DNA of 63,997 nt, filler included, from Gonapodya sp. JEL0774 (Eukaryota): NCBI GenBank assembly GCA_027604505.1. It is 5 parts of 5 records of this genome, joined end to end, with 100 filler letters (N's around TTAATTAATTAA, not from the genome) between each part and the next. Parts side by side here need not be neighbours in the genome. Positions count along the whole stretch, not along the records: positions 26,013 to 38,884 come from JADIIX010000335.1; positions 38,985 to 51,836 come from JADIIX010000336.1; 3 more parts are not named here. One strand, given 5' to 3'. A program made the position numbers and the translations under genes. Under the pieces are notes generated by a model. The model saw only the letters and a list, made by a program, of their open reading frames with translations. It was not told the origin of the DNA and searched no databases. Positions 38,566 to 51,936 of the stretch are shown piece after piece; the stretch's first letter is position 1; each line of letters begins with the position of its first letter.

Positions 38566-38884
38566 TATAAGGGTCGTAGCGAAAGTCCGGAACTTGTATC
38601 TTTGGTAGAACTAGAACCGACGCTTATCGCCTTCCCGCCAGCGTACAGTATGTATTGTCGGCTCTTTTAGCTAATAATTTTTTCGAAACAATAATCTCGG
38701 TCTCCGCTGCGTTACGAGCAACGTTATAACCATTTTCCATTCCGGATTCGAGTTATGATTTCAAACAAATTAATAATATGTAAAGAGATACTTCGCAGCG
38801 GCTCTGCGTCGTGGCGATGAGTAGATATGCGTCTATCAAGCTTGTCCTGTTGCTTTTTGAATGAATATATGAATCCACTACATA

Positions 38885-38984
38885 NNNNNNNNNNNNNNNN
38901 NNNNNNNNNNNNNNNNNNNNNNNNNNNNTTAATTAATTAANNNNNNNNNNNNNNNNNNNNNNNNNNNNNNNNNNNNNNNNNNNN
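38885..38984. other. Artificial contig-joining spacer
   Basis: N44-TTAATTAATTAA-N44. Confidence 0.99.
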
Positions 38985-39511
38985 GCGGTTTGGCTGCTCA
39001 ACACCGTTTTGGTGCTCGCACCGGGCTGTCAATCATTACACTCGGAGTATTCAAGGTCACCGTCGCACTCCTGTTTGGCAACTCAATCTCAGGTTTGCTG
39101 GCGTATTTCCCGAATGCAATCCTAGGCGTCATGATGTGCCTTGCGGGTGTAGAGCTCGCGTCACCAGCACGTGATGCTGGTCTGCATCCTTCTGGCAATG
39201 TGGAGCTTGGAAAGCGAAGATGGACAGTAACAGTGGTGACAGCCGCATCGCTGGTCGGGTTCAACAATGATGGGTTGGGGTTCCTGACCGGTATGTGCTG
39301 CGCCGTGATGTTTGGTATTGTCGAAGAGATTCAGGCAGGTCAGGATGCAGGATTACATGGGACAGCACTTCTTGCACGTGTAGGTGAGGGCTTAAGGAAC
39401 ACCTTGCGGGACAAGGGGAGAGGATCACAGAGCAGCACTGAATCTCGGACGACCGTGGCGTTGCTCCCGGATCAGCAACCAAAGAAGGATCTCTCCGGAC
39501 GGCATGAATGA
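38985..39511 (+). CDS. Molybdate transporter MOT1-like (MFS_MOT1), C-terminal fragment
   Basis: GLAAQHRFGARTG...LG..K...ALLFG......FP..ILGVM...AGVELA; truncated by the contig edge. Confidence 0.8.
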
Positions 39512-39819
39512 TGTTAATGCATTGTGCAAATTCTGCCACCATGCACAATCACTAAACTGTAAATGGAGCTATTCTATGTGTTGCCAGTTATTGATTTTGT
39601 CAGGTAGCTCTTTATTCGCAAGTGTTCGCTTCGGGCTTTCCGGCAGGTTCTGCCCAGAACTGAAGGCTTAAACAGACTTAGAGATGAATACAGCTTTATG
39701 AGGGTTGGCTCATTCAGGCTCAGGCAACCGGTGGGAACATATATTACTCACCGGCCACTAGCTGGGGGGAAGACTTCGCGAGTGACTCATCAATTGCATT
39801 CAATCCTGACTTACTCAAA

Positions 39820-41585
39820 ATGACGTCCGAGTCATCGCTTTCGTATGCAGAAGTTGGTTTCTACAACTCGAGAACGGACTATCTGATGGTGAGGATTGCA
39901 GTTGTCTGCTATATTTCGCTCTACCTGGATGATCGAACGCTAATTCTGCTTCTGTCTGGTATCCCAAAGTCTGTTCGTCCTCGATTCGAGGCTCGTCGTC
40001 GAGCTGCTGGGTTCCTTCGGCCTGCACTACCGGAAGTCCACTCCCAACGGGTCGGTTTACCTGGTGGTCGGCACATGTTCGTCAACGTAAGGGTGGACCC
40101 GTTCGAGGCAATGTTCTATGGGTTGCATTTGCCGGCGCATCAAAATCGCAATCTGGACATGGGCGCCATTGATGACGGCCCAGGCGATGGTGGGTGAATG
40201 CGGATCGCCATGTGTTGCACGCGAAGAGTGGGAAGGCAAACATCGATCATCAACTCAAACCGATCGTTACCCAGCTCATCTTTCCTTAGAGCGCTTTGAT
40301 TGCCCGGAGGATGCCCATGCCTACGCACGCCGAATGTCCCTACCGGATCCAGAACACAACGAAACCGTCCTCGCGAGTACTTGGGAGAATCGCGAAAGAA
40401 GACGAGTGAATGAGAACGAAAAGCCTTCTACGATAGCACTTGCAAACAATATCGTCGAGCTCGGGACGACTGGCGCCGATGAGTTCAGCCAAGCCGTCCT
40501 GACAAATCAAGTCCCCGAAATCCCTGAAGTATCGAACCACATTGCTTCGCCCAATGAAGTAATCAAAGTGCTTACTGAGCGAAGAACCGAGCTGCCGCTT
40601 CAGATCGATTCGGTTGATGTGTCTTTACCCTGTGATCGCCTAAGTCCTGCATGCTCCGTGAACAGCGACATGCTGACCCTCGAGCAGCAGATCAATTCCA
40701 AACCGTTTACGAAGACATCAAAATCATTGCACAGTCCTGGTTATGGAGTAGATCAACCGACGGCGACTTCCTTCAAGACAAACGCTCCTGCTTCAACACT
40801 GGACTCAATGAAAGCGCCTGCGAGAGCCCCCGTCGTTCCCTTTACCCGAAGATTGACTACCGATGTCCTCGTACAGCATAGCTCTGATCGAAGTGAGTAA
40901 CCAAAACACTGGTACCACAGTCTACGTTTCATTTTCCTCCTCCGCTTGACTGTCAAGATATTTCGACGGAATATGAGGTGCTAGAAGTACTTCCTGCAAG
41001 CCAATCACCTCTACACACGCCAGCAGCCCCTCTTCGTTGCCCGATCAACTCCGCATGCCTTGTTACTGGCGATGCTTCTGGCACCATGACGACTCTTGCG
41101 GCGATCGTGGATTCAACCTCTGTGAGTTTCAGAGGCCGTGGCGTGAGGGTATCACCTTATCAAACGGTGTAAATTCAACCAAACAGAGCCCGCATCCTCC
41201 AACAACAAACCGCGAATTCGTGAATCTCCCCGAGAAATTCACACCCCGGACAGCCGATGTGGAAACTGACACTCACATATTTCAGGCACCATTTGCACAA
41301 ACTAAAGCTACTAATGTCAAATTCTCGAAGAGCAGCCCCCGTCTATTATTGCGTGGTGTAACCAGGGTGGTACGGAACATTTTCTCGGGTCGTCGGAAAT
41401 CGAAATTTGGGACGGCAACCGCGACAACGGAAAGTCCAAGCATATTGCCACAACAAGCCTCAAGTACAATATCCGTAACAAGTTCTTCACGGACGAAAAT
41501 GTCTGGCCCGTTCTCAACCGCTGTGAGGAAATTGCTGGGTTGGGAGAGACGGAAGTCATCGCATGAGGGACGATGCGTCCATTGA
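39820..41585 (+). CDS. Hypothetical protein (multi-exon, low complexity)
   Basis: Long same-strand ORFs (40118-40900, 41037-41585) with GTGAG donor sites; no recognised domain. Confidence 0.4.
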
Positions 41586-41710
41586 ATAGACTAATAGTTC
41601 GCAGTTCTGAAGATGTGAAGATGGATAACTATTTTTCAAGTATTCCTTGTTACATACATCGGTGCCAGAGACTGGACCAAGTGAAGCATCGAACTCCCTT
41701 CCCCACAACG

Positions 41711-43233
41711 ATGGACGCCTTCCTCACCGCGTACGAAACCATCCGCCGCGCCAACGGCGGTCCGGCGAAAAACGTCCCCGTCGTGTACGAGAGCGATGCC
41801 CAGGTTGTATACGTTCCGATCGCGCAGACGTACAAAGGGTACACACAGTTGGAGCAGCTGCACGATGTCTTGAGACGTGAGTGGGACAAAAGCAGGCGTG
41901 TACATGTGGCGAACGGGATGAAGACATGCGCCTGGTTAGAGTCGTGGACGATTTGGCGGTCTGATGGGGGCTGTTGGGAGAAGGGAGCGGGGGAGAAGAC
42001 CACACTTTTCTCAATGATTTGAGCCTTTCGACCCTCCTGGGCTTTTCCCTACCCCTGAGTGACTACTTTTTGCTCTCTGCTATACCCCTGTACCGTCTCA
42101 TTCCGTTCCCATTCGCCCAGGTCGCTACTTCAAAATCGAGCACCAGGAATCCCTGTCCCGGACGGTGGACCTTACCGCCTCGACCGTCGTCGAGGAAATC
42201 TCGATGAAAATTTCACACGAGGACATGATCGAGTGGCTGGTGCCGGGAGTAAAGGCTTCGGGGAGGAGCGTGGTGGTCAACATGGTGAGTGATGAGGGTA
42301 CCATGTTTCAACTTCGGCGCCGTGATGCACGCAACAGGCAATGAACTCAGAGCCATGGTATTACGTTTATCTCTTAGGTCACATTCACGACACTCAACCC
42401 TCAAACTCTCAAATGCGTCTCCAAGCGTGTGGTGAGTCACTTGCATCAAGCCCGGTTGCCACTCCGTACTGACCAAACTTTTGTTCTCACTAATGAACTA
42501 AATGCTAGTACTGGGATCAAGCTGCTGTCCTCAAACAGCTGGGGTTCCTCACCAACTTGAGAAACAACATCCCAGTTGGTGAGTCTTTTGACGTCGGTCA
42601 ACGCTACGACATGTCTGACTGGTGTGGTCAAGATTCTGTCACTGGAAAGGATATGACCGCCGAAATAACGAGCTCCATTCCTGCTTCGACTGCAAGCGTG
42701 CCGGTCACCAACGGCACAAACATTGCTGTCCCCGAAGTTGGCGCGGCACCACCTCCCCAACCTATAGCGGCTGTTTCGGCGGAAGCCCCAGCTCTCGTGT
42801 CTTCCCCATCCAAGACAACAGCGACAGAGAAGGTGGAGGAAGTGCAACCCGATGTGCGTCGCCCTCAGGACCCAGTGACAGGTCGAGTGCCATCCACGAA
42901 GTAGGTGTATACCGCTTGGTTTGCCGTTCCCCAAGTCCTCACCGATCAACTCCACACCCCGCATTTATAATAAGGGTTGTTGCCCCTCCAGGCGGTAAGG
43001 ATTCGATCTCGCTCGTGATGGAACTCCCCTCGGCCGAGTTCAGCAAGATCAGCGCGGCAAAATCTTCATCCGGGACGGCCGCAGCGTTTTCAGCTCCAAT
43101 TCCTGCTCCCACGGAAGCTCCATCAGCAGCTCCAGTGCAGACGAGAAGCACCGCACCCCCGGTGACCGGGGCGAAACCCTCCAGTCGAGTGATGAGGCCG
43201 CCCGGAGGAGTGAGCACATTTTCTTTGGGATAA
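41711..43233 (+). CDS. SnoaL/NTF2-like domain protein with C-terminal PPGG motifs (multi-exon)
   Basis: Spliced LSRTVD...VVEEI....HEDMIEWLVPGVKASGRSV...YWDQAAVLKQLG; tail RVVAPPGGKDSISL and SSRVMRPPGGVSTFSLG*. Confidence 0.72.
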
Positions 43234-43448
43234 GCGAGGATGCAAAACCGTACCAGCAAATATAAATTTCCCGGCGATAAAAGTGTAATGTTTTAGAGGT
43301 AAAAATACGAAAGATCTGCGAACTCTTGAACTATGCAAACTGCGGGGTTTGAACCAATGAGCGATCTCAGGACGCACAAGCTCCTCCGGTCACCCCCCAC
43401 CCTTGCTCAATCTTCATATCCCCCCCCCCCAATCTGAGCACGCTGCAC

Positions 43449-46400
43449 ATGTGGTCGACTGACTCCGCAATCCCGCTCAACCAAATCGCAACCGAAGGTT
43501 TTCCTGGAAACGTCATCGCAGAATCCCACTCGGCATCATCGGCGAGCTCCAGAACGGCCATGCAGGAGCTGAAGAGAAAAGACTCGCTGCCGCACTTGTC
43601 GCTCTCGGACGACACTCGCAGCGAGCTCACGGAGTCGCTTCGCAAGTTCACGGATGGACCGTTTTCCGTCGTGGAGGGTGACCGTGGCAGCATCCGTTCG
43701 CCGCCTGCGTCGTTGCTCAAGCTTTCAAACGGTGAAGGTGATGCACCAGAGCACCCAGCGAAGCCAGTCGGAAGTAGAGAAGGATGCGATGGGCGTGGTG
43801 GCTGTGGACGTCTTGAGTGCCAGCCGCTGGCAGATGATGACGTGGAAATGGGGGAGGATTTGGATGGCGAATCCGATTCAGAAGCAAGAGTTTCAAGCAC
43901 TAAGCATGCACAGGCCCACAGTTCCTCTTCGGGATTGGTAACGCCAGCATCGAGTCCCCCTCACAGTGGCCCTCAGGTAACTTCTGCGCCATCCTCGGTG
44001 TCAACTCCCGGACCAGCTCCCCCAGAACAGAAACGTCGTTCCAAGGCATCCGCTTGTCTCAACTGCCGCCGTTCCCACGCCTCGTGCGACTCTGGTCGAC
44101 CGTGTACACGCTGCGTGAAGCGTGGCCTCGCGAGCTCTTGCGAGGTGCCAGCGAAGAAGGGGTCGCTGTTCAACGTGGGCGGGTGCCAGCTTCTTCCCAG
44201 GAGGATACTGCCCATGCCACAACCTGGTGGCTTGCACGCGCGAGCGGGTTCTTTTTCGGGTGGAGGACAGATGGGGATGATGGAAGGGCCGCCTGTTTTG
44301 CAACCAACTCCCACGACGCTCACCCATTCCCGTTCTTTCTCGGGACATACCAATCAGCTCTGGCAGACTGGAACACCACCGCCAAGCGGTAGCCCGTTTT
44401 CTGTCTCCATGAGCCAGCCTACACCTACTCACTATCGGACAATTTCTCAAGGAGTACCGCAGATCACCTTTCCCGGTCAAGTTGCGCAGCTTGCTGGCCG
44501 ACCTGCCTCCACCAGCTCTCCATCGTCGGCAACGATCCAAACCCAGTCACCACCCGTGACAACGGCCCTCCCCATTGACCCTGCGAATCTCCCCGCTCTC
44601 GCATCCATGGTCGCCTCAATGTTGACAGCTGCCAACGGGGGAAAGCCACCTGACCCGTCGATGCTCAAGGATATCCTGCCCAGGCTAAACTCAACCTCAG
44701 CGCCTCAAACGCAGTCTGCTCCGGCACCGGTAACAACGATCGAACGGCAGCAATCCTACCACGGTGGTCCGTCCCAGTTCCCTCCAACACCCCCCAACTC
44801 GTTCCAGCCGTCTGGCTCTCCACCCAACCAGATCTTGAACAATCATACCCCTCACATGTCGCCACCGCCGCTTCACCGCTCGGCCAGTGGTCCGGTGCAG
44901 ATGGTGCACTTCCCTGCTCAAACCGCCTACCAACAGCAGATCCAAGCCTACCAGCAAATACCCGTCACCGCCTATCAACAAGTTCCGCCGCAACACGCGC
45001 ATGCACACACGTTTAATCTTGTGCAGCCGCAGCCTATTTCTGCTCCGGTGGCGTACCAGGTGCAAGTGATCCAGACGGGCAGCGGAGCGAATGTGAACGG
45101 GATGGCACAGCAGAACCAGAGCGGCATGGTCCAGCAGATGGCTGCTCAGCAGACCATTTTGGCGGTGAACCCGGCAACACAGCCTCAAGGACAATGGGGA
45201 ATGCAGCAAGGTGGATTTGTTTTCGAACAGCAGAATAACGCGCCACCTGTGAGCACATGGTCACCCATTCTCTAGCTGGTGTGACCACTCATCTTACTTA
45301 TATGCATAACCATCAGGTCTTCCAGCCCAACAACGTCTCGGACGAGCTCGCGGCTCTCAACGAGCTCATGAATGACAATTCACTTCAGTTCCCTCCCGAG
45401 GCTCCACCAAAGGATATTCCACCGCAACACTACCATTCACACGCCAAATCTCCGACCGCGGTGGAAGACCTGTTTAGTTGGAATGCCAGCGGAGAAACTG
45501 GCGATACAGACATGTCCACGCCCATGTTGGGGAGCAAGAGGGGCAGGGACGGCCAGCACCTCAGCTTCCCAGGAAAGTGTTTCGATAACTGCAAGGTGGG
45601 TTGTAAATTCGTGGTCGGGGTCCCGCGATTCCCTTTGTTCTTATTTGGGAATTGAAAACAAATTACATTTTGTAGGCATGCCAGTTTAACAGTGTTGAAC
45701 AGTTCTACCTCATGGCCGCCGGTGACGTGGACGGCAATTCTAGCGATAATTCCTCGAATGTGAACGAGGGTATCGTCGTTACTTACAACCAGGGCAACTC
45801 CCTGACGAACAATACTGGATCAGAAATGGAACGTCGTGCCACCTCCCTGACCAATATTCTCCAAGCGAAGCACGCGGCTGGCATGCTCGTACCGTACGAC
45901 TACAGTGCCTCGTACACCCGTATCGCGCGTCGTGCAGCGGCAACTCGCAGTAGCATCGCCCGTCAGCGCATTCTCAGTGCAGCGCTCTTCTTGTCAGAGG
46001 AGCTCGAACCGATTTGGCAGATGGATCTGGACACCTTGGCGTCTGAGGAGCAGTTTGAGCGTCTGTTGCTCGAGCACGATCGCGCTTTCGCGGCCACGGG
46101 TATGCCGGCAGCTCTTTGGCGCCGCACTGGCGAGATTGTTCGCGCGAATCGTGAGTTTGCCGGTCTTGTGGGTGTACCGCTCGAGGGTCTATGCAGCGGA
46201 AAGGTCACCATTTTCGAGCTTATGACCGAAGATTCGGAAGTTGCGTACTGGGACAAGTGGACCGGGGTTTCAGCGGATCCAGCACAGAAGGCGGTCATGA
46301 TGTCGTGCTCCCTGGTGCGTGGTGGGGGAAGCCAGCATGCTCAGACTGGATCCCTCGAATGCGCCTTCAGCTTCACGATAAGACGAGACATGTCGGACGT

Positions 46401-46683
46401 GCCGAGTGCCGTTGTCGGCAACTTTTTACCCGCAAGACCGCCACCACTGGTGAGAGTGCTGTTTGAAAGGCTCAAGATTTGGGGAGATCAGATTGAGGGT
46501 GTTGCGGAGGACAGTGCTGGCGGACATGGACGGAGCAAGAAGCGAAACGTGAATAGGATGGGCTCGGAGGAAAAGGGTACCGGTGCTTTGGGAATGTTTG
46601 GACTGGGTGGAACTCCAACTTCTCTGGGAGGGATGGTAGACCCTGGCAAAGATGATTTTGCTGACTTTTTGAATTTTGAGTGA
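43449..46683 (+). CDS. Zn(II)2Cys6 transcription factor with C-terminal PAS-like fold, AcuM/Rds2 (ERT1-AcuK family)-like
   Basis: CLNCRRSHASCDSGRPCTRCVKRGLASSC; C-terminal FERLLLEHDR...PAALWRRTGEI...N.EF...YW......DPAQKAV...CAFSFTIRRD...P..VVGNFLP. Confidence 0.85.
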
Positions 46684-46936
46684 TATGCATCCACTCATTC
46701 GTAGGATTTCAAAGACATGTATGCCGCACATTGCATTACCAAGAATTTTGTAAAATAAGGGTTCCTTTGTCGTGCTTTTGCAAGTTTTTGCTTTGAGTGC
46801 TGAGTTGTGGAGTTCGGTCATTCTTGCCAGTACTTGGCCCCTTGTGACATCACCATGAGGAAACTCACCAAAGAACATATAACCGCGCCCATGCCATGAG
46901 CGCCACGATACTTTCAACAATCGAACTGAATCTGAC

Positions 46937-48444
46937 ATGCTTTCCAGAATCGGTAAGCACTTTTCTTCAACCAAACACCATCCTGGCTCGACTTGCCCGA
47001 TGACGATTCCCCTGCTGCGCTTTTTGAACCTTCGCAGGTACCACCGTAGGCGTTCTTCATAACAAAGACCTCCGAGCCCTGAACGAGTCGGAGAAACAAT
47101 ATGTCGTGTGCATCAAGGATATGAACAAGCAGGCCTCGAAAGGTGAGTGGTGTACTCCGAAAAGTTCGATTTGCTACGTGTGGTCCAACGAACTGAGTTC
47201 TTGCCGATCCCGTCGCACGTTCCTAGCGTCAAAGGACCTTGTCGTGTGGGCGAGCAAAGAAACTGAAGGACATGATCTGGAAGAGCTGGCGAAGGCGGTT
47301 GAAGAAATCACCACAACGATGAATGAACTCTTCGAGTCTTATAGCGGTATGTTTTTTGGTTAACTGTTGCATCAGCGCTGTCTAGGTCAGCTAAGCAAAT
47401 GTCGGCGTAACTTGTAGTGAAGCATGAAGACTACCGCTCGAACTACAAGTCCATCTTGCGACGCGAAGAGCATCTTCCTTCTCTGGTGAAGCAACTCGAC
47501 GAGGGCCGCAAGAAATTGGACGATGCTACCAAGAAGAGCAAGCCCGTCGACCATCTTAAGCGAGAAGTTGAGGCTGCGGAGAGGGAGGTTGAGCAATACG
47601 AAGTGGAGCTGGCCGCGTTCAAAAGGTTCGTCCCAAGGGATCATTTACCGTGGTGGTTGATGAAACTGACTAGGAATCGTCATCGCATCTGTACAGGTCT
47701 ACGTTGAAGGTTGCGTTCGACACACGATTTGATTCCCTTATTGAGCTCGGGTCCAAGGTATGTTGTACAAGAGTCCAAGAAGTAATACACAAAATCTTAC
47801 GTTCTCCCGTACAGCTGGCTCTTACTGCAACATTCGGGAAATTTCTCACCTCTCAGATCCCCCCAGGTGGTGACCGATTGACAGCGTTCGACTCAGAACC
47901 GATGAAGCATATTCTCTCTGATCTTCACACAAGCTTAGCTGCTTGGCGACCAGCAATAGAAGTCAGTGATTCAACTGGCTCGATCGGACTCAACACTGGG
48001 GCAGGTGCCATCAGTCCCATGGTCGAGGAACCAGCAAACCTTTGCTCATATTCGGAAAGCGACTCAAAAAGTTCGAACGCGAGCCCGAGTGCGAGTACTA
48101 CGGAAGGCAACCTCCTATTTTCAGATCTCACACGAGCTGCTACCATATCACCAACAGTGTACCTCTCACGGTCTGGTTCGATCTTCAAAACTACGACTCC
48201 ACCAGGTAAGCCTGTGGAGGGAACCGAGATCCTGAATCCCTACATGGGGAAACCAGTGGAGATTGTGGCTGGTGAACTTGAGGGAGCCATTCCGAATGGG
48301 GTGCCTGTTGGTGCAAGTACAACGAGTACGGTTGCCGACAACAAACCAGAGGGGAAGTCTGAGGTGGCTTCCGCAGCCACTGATGCAGTTCAAAAAAAAG
48401 GCACAGAGAAAGAAGCAGCTGGTGCGGTGGCTCTTGGGGCTTGA
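46937..48444 (+). CDS. Pil1/Lsp1-like eisosome BAR-domain protein, paralog A (5 exons)
   Basis: SKDLVVW...YRSNYKSILRRE...LKREVEAAE...FKRSTLKVAFDTRFDSLIELGSKLALTATFGK is colinear with the recalled Pil1 (AKQLSIW...YRLTLKSI...AFNYQFDSIIEHSEKIALIAGYGK). Confidence 0.7.
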
Positions 48445-48679
48445 GGCGAGGATGAATGTTATCTCATGTTGATGAGTGGGATGGATGAGAAAAGCTTGTG
48501 TACGGCTTTATATGCTCTATGCTTTGGTCTTGTTTGCTCTGTATTATCACGTAAAGAGGAGTACATATTGGATATTTGATTTGTGCTTTGAATATATGCA
48601 CAGCGGCTAATCCTTTTGGACGTGCGGGATGTGGTGAAACTTGTCCAAACACTTGATTCCCCGAGCCATTCGCACTGCC

Positions 48680-50260
48680 ATGTTTTCAAAAATCGGTGAG
48701 AAGCTTGGATTCGTGCCTTATTCGACATCTCGTTTCGTGACTGATGCGGTTCTCGTGTCAAAAAGGGACTACCGTTGGTGTTCTACACCACAAAGAGCTC
48801 AGAAATCTCAATGAGTCGGAGAAGCAGTACACCGGATCTATCAGAGATATGAACAAGGACGCCCTGAAGAGTGCGTCCATCGTCCCACGCTGAAGTTGGA
48901 TGCGTCTCGCCACAACCACGTTTTTTGTCCCGCCACCTGCAGCTGCCAAGGATCTCGTGATGTGGGCAACCAAAGAGGACAACAGTAAAGACCTCGAAGA
49001 GTTTGCCAAGTCAGTGGAGAGCGCCGTTACGACCATGAACAGCCTGTTCGAATCCTACGCTGGTGGGTTTTGGAAGTACCCAAAACGTGGGTCAACTCTA
49101 CTGAAAGCGTCTCTGCGATCTTTCACAGACAAGCACGAAGACTACCGCTCGCACTACAAGTCCATTCTCAGACGGGAGGAAAACCTCGCCCCATTGACGA
49201 AGCGGCTCGAAGAGGCTCGCAAGAAAGTGGAAGACGCGACGAAGAAAAACAAACCAGTGGATCACTTGAAGCGAGAGGTTGAGGAAGCCCAGAAGGAGTA
49301 TGATGCCTATGAGGCCGAGCTTGCTGTGTTTAAAAGGTAAGGAGATCGGATCATGAGTACCGAAACGGGCTCCTGATTATACTGTCGTACAATTATAGGT
49401 CCACGCTCAAGGTTGCCTTCGAGACCAGATTTGACGCTCTTATGGAATTGGGATCCAAGGTGAGTCCGTTCACGCTGCAGCGTCGTGGAGTTCCGTAGCA
49501 CGTGCTTAAGGATGGTCGGACCTCTCTCCAGATCGCCATTGCTGCAACGTTTGGAAAGTTTCTAGCTTCGCAGATTCCTCAGGGGGAAGATCGCCCAGCG
49601 GCATTCGATCCGACCCCCATGAAGCACATCCTCTCCGACCTCAACACGAGCTTGTCGGCTTGGCGTCCTCTCGTGGAGACGTCCAACCCCCTTGCACCTA
49701 CGCCTGTTTACACGGGTGCTGGATCCATCAGCGGCATGGTCGCGAGCCCGGTCTCGAGTGCCGCCAGTCCTTCCTCGAGTGTAGCTAGTCCAGCCTCAAG
49801 CGTTACGTCCAGCGCTAGCATAAGCAAGGCCGAAAGCCAGACCAAGCTCTCATCGCTCACCAAGGCGGCGGTCTCACCCACAACCACGTCCCCTCCTACA
49901 ACGTTTCTTTCAAGAACCCTTTCTATCATAAAGACGAAAACTCCTCCAGGCAAGCCGGTCGAGGGAACTGCGGTAACCAACACGTACCCGAAGCCAGGTG
50001 ATACTATTGCCATTCCAGATGGCATACCAGTCTCGCCAGCCGCACCACCAACGGAGCCATCGAAACCAACAACCATGCCGGTTGTTCCTGCTCCTTCCAA
50101 GGGGGACCCAGCTTCCACTCCCGCCAAGCCGGTCGATGAAGCCGCTGCGGTGACCAAGCCCGTCGATCACGCCGTTCCAGCCGTGGTGACCACCCCCGTG
50201 GCAGAGAAGACCGTAGTGACACCTCCCAAGGTGGAGCCAGCCGCTGCAACACCTGCTTAA
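48680..50260 (+). CDS. Pil1/Lsp1-like eisosome BAR-domain protein, paralog B
   Basis: Same intron positions and near-identical BAR region as paralog A; Pro/Ser/Ala-rich tail. Confidence 0.7.
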
Positions 50261-50587
50261 ATCAGGATATATTATTGCGGTTGGTTTGCTGTTTATAGGG
50301 GGTTCTTCTTTTGCGCTTTTAATTTAGTACCGAACTTCGGTATTCATATTCTCAGCTCAATATGCCCACCACGAACTGCATAGTAGATGTCTAGCAGCTC
50401 TTCCAACTACTTCCTACATTTTCTTGGCAACGCATGCCCAGAATGGTTGTCTTGAAGGGCGTGGAATCATCCATGTGGCTCCGTCCTTAATAATTCCATT
50501 TGAATATACATTCCTTGCAAAATTGCTAAGCAGTTCGAGAGACAAAAAAAAAGAACACACATTACTTCTTGGCGACAATCCATACTC

Positions 50588-51836
50588 TTAGGCCTCCTCG
50601 ACCAAGTTCTTCAGCGTCTCGGAGCCATTAGTCCCCGCTTTCTTCGCATATTCAGCCTAGTCATCAGGGGATGATATTTGCATCTTTGAGACAAGCCAGA
50701 AGTTTCATCAAAATCCGAGCACTACTCACGTCTTCTTCAAGTGCCCTGTTGGTCCCACGATGCAACCATTCTAACGACAGAACAGTGATGATGTTGATGA
50801 AATACGTAATGGCGAGGATCGACCACGCTCTCGTGTATCGAGCTGTTGGGAAGTGAAGAAGTTTAGGTCACGATCTTTACAAGAGTTGCGTTTTGCTCAC
50901 GAGAGTCGTCAGCCTGAAAGTTCTGCGGTCCAGATATTCCGCCGAGGTGACCAACTCCTGACATGAAGCTCATTGCACCAGCAGTGATCGTAGATCCTCG
51001 ACCGAGCATGGAGTGACCAATCCATGCGAGGAGAACGGGAGCGCTGATTGTGTCGAAGCAGATTCAAACGGAACGTTTCGGAATGTGCGATGCAAGGCAT
51101 GAAATACAGTCACCCACGTTGTGCCGATTCCAATATTGTTGAGGAAGAGGGCAAAGTAGCGTACCCCATTGTTCAAAGATGCTGCGTTGACTACAAAAAC
51201 CAGTTTGGGTTATCGGAGGTTTTGTTCCTCTTTGGATCGATGTCCACTTACTTATAAAACCGATGATCGCAACTCCAATTGCAATACAAACGACAGCCCA
51301 GGGCTTTTTCGTCTTGTCGGCGGCATATCCCACAATGGGGATGAAGCAAAATTGTACAAGCTAATTTTGGAAGAACCGTTCACGTATGGGTGTCAAGTTG
51401 TCTCTGGGATCGAGCGAAACCGGTAAAATGCACTCACGTAGATTGGAGCAGTCATGAGCTGCGCTTGGTTGGACTTCCAACCCAGCTGTAATCATGGATA
51501 GGGATGTTGACAATGCACAAGTACACGTCTGCCAGATCAGCACAACAAACGAGATCAACAGACAACAATATCATTCACTTACGTTTGAAATAACTGTTGG
51601 AAGGTAGGCGCTATTTGCATAATTTCCGTTGACGTGCACTGTGGGAAGAGGAAGCCAGTCATCAGATTGATGGCCACGCGGCGAGAACTCTGCTTCCGAA
51701 AACATTGTAGCCACTCACAAAGATACACGGTTGTGAACATCCACACTTTCGGATCCTTGAGCATCTCGATCTGTCGTGAACGCATCCGTGTATGAATCGT
51801 TGGTTTTCTCCTACTCGTACCACGGAGCGGCTTCAC
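50588..51836 (-). CDS. MFS transporter (Dal5/allantoate permease-like), C-terminal fragment
   Basis: MLKDPKVWMF, QAQLMTAPIY, GYAADKTK, NGVRYFALFL, GHLGGISGPQNF, RYTRAW; truncated by the contig edge. Confidence 0.78.
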
Positions 51837-51936
51837 NNNNNNNNNNNNNNNNNNNNNNNNNNNNNNNNNNNNNNNNNNNNTTAATTAATTAANNNNNNNN
51901 NNNNNNNNNNNNNNNNNNNNNNNNNNNNNNNNNNNN
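51837..51936. other. Artificial contig-joining spacer
   Basis: N44-TTAATTAATTAA-N44. Confidence 0.99.

Noticed and set aside
12929..51936. TTAATTAATTAA in N runs as a biological repeat, and gene linkage across it
   Set aside because: Identical 100-nt linkers between size-sorted contigs (12884, 12872, 12852 bp); adjacency across them is artificial.
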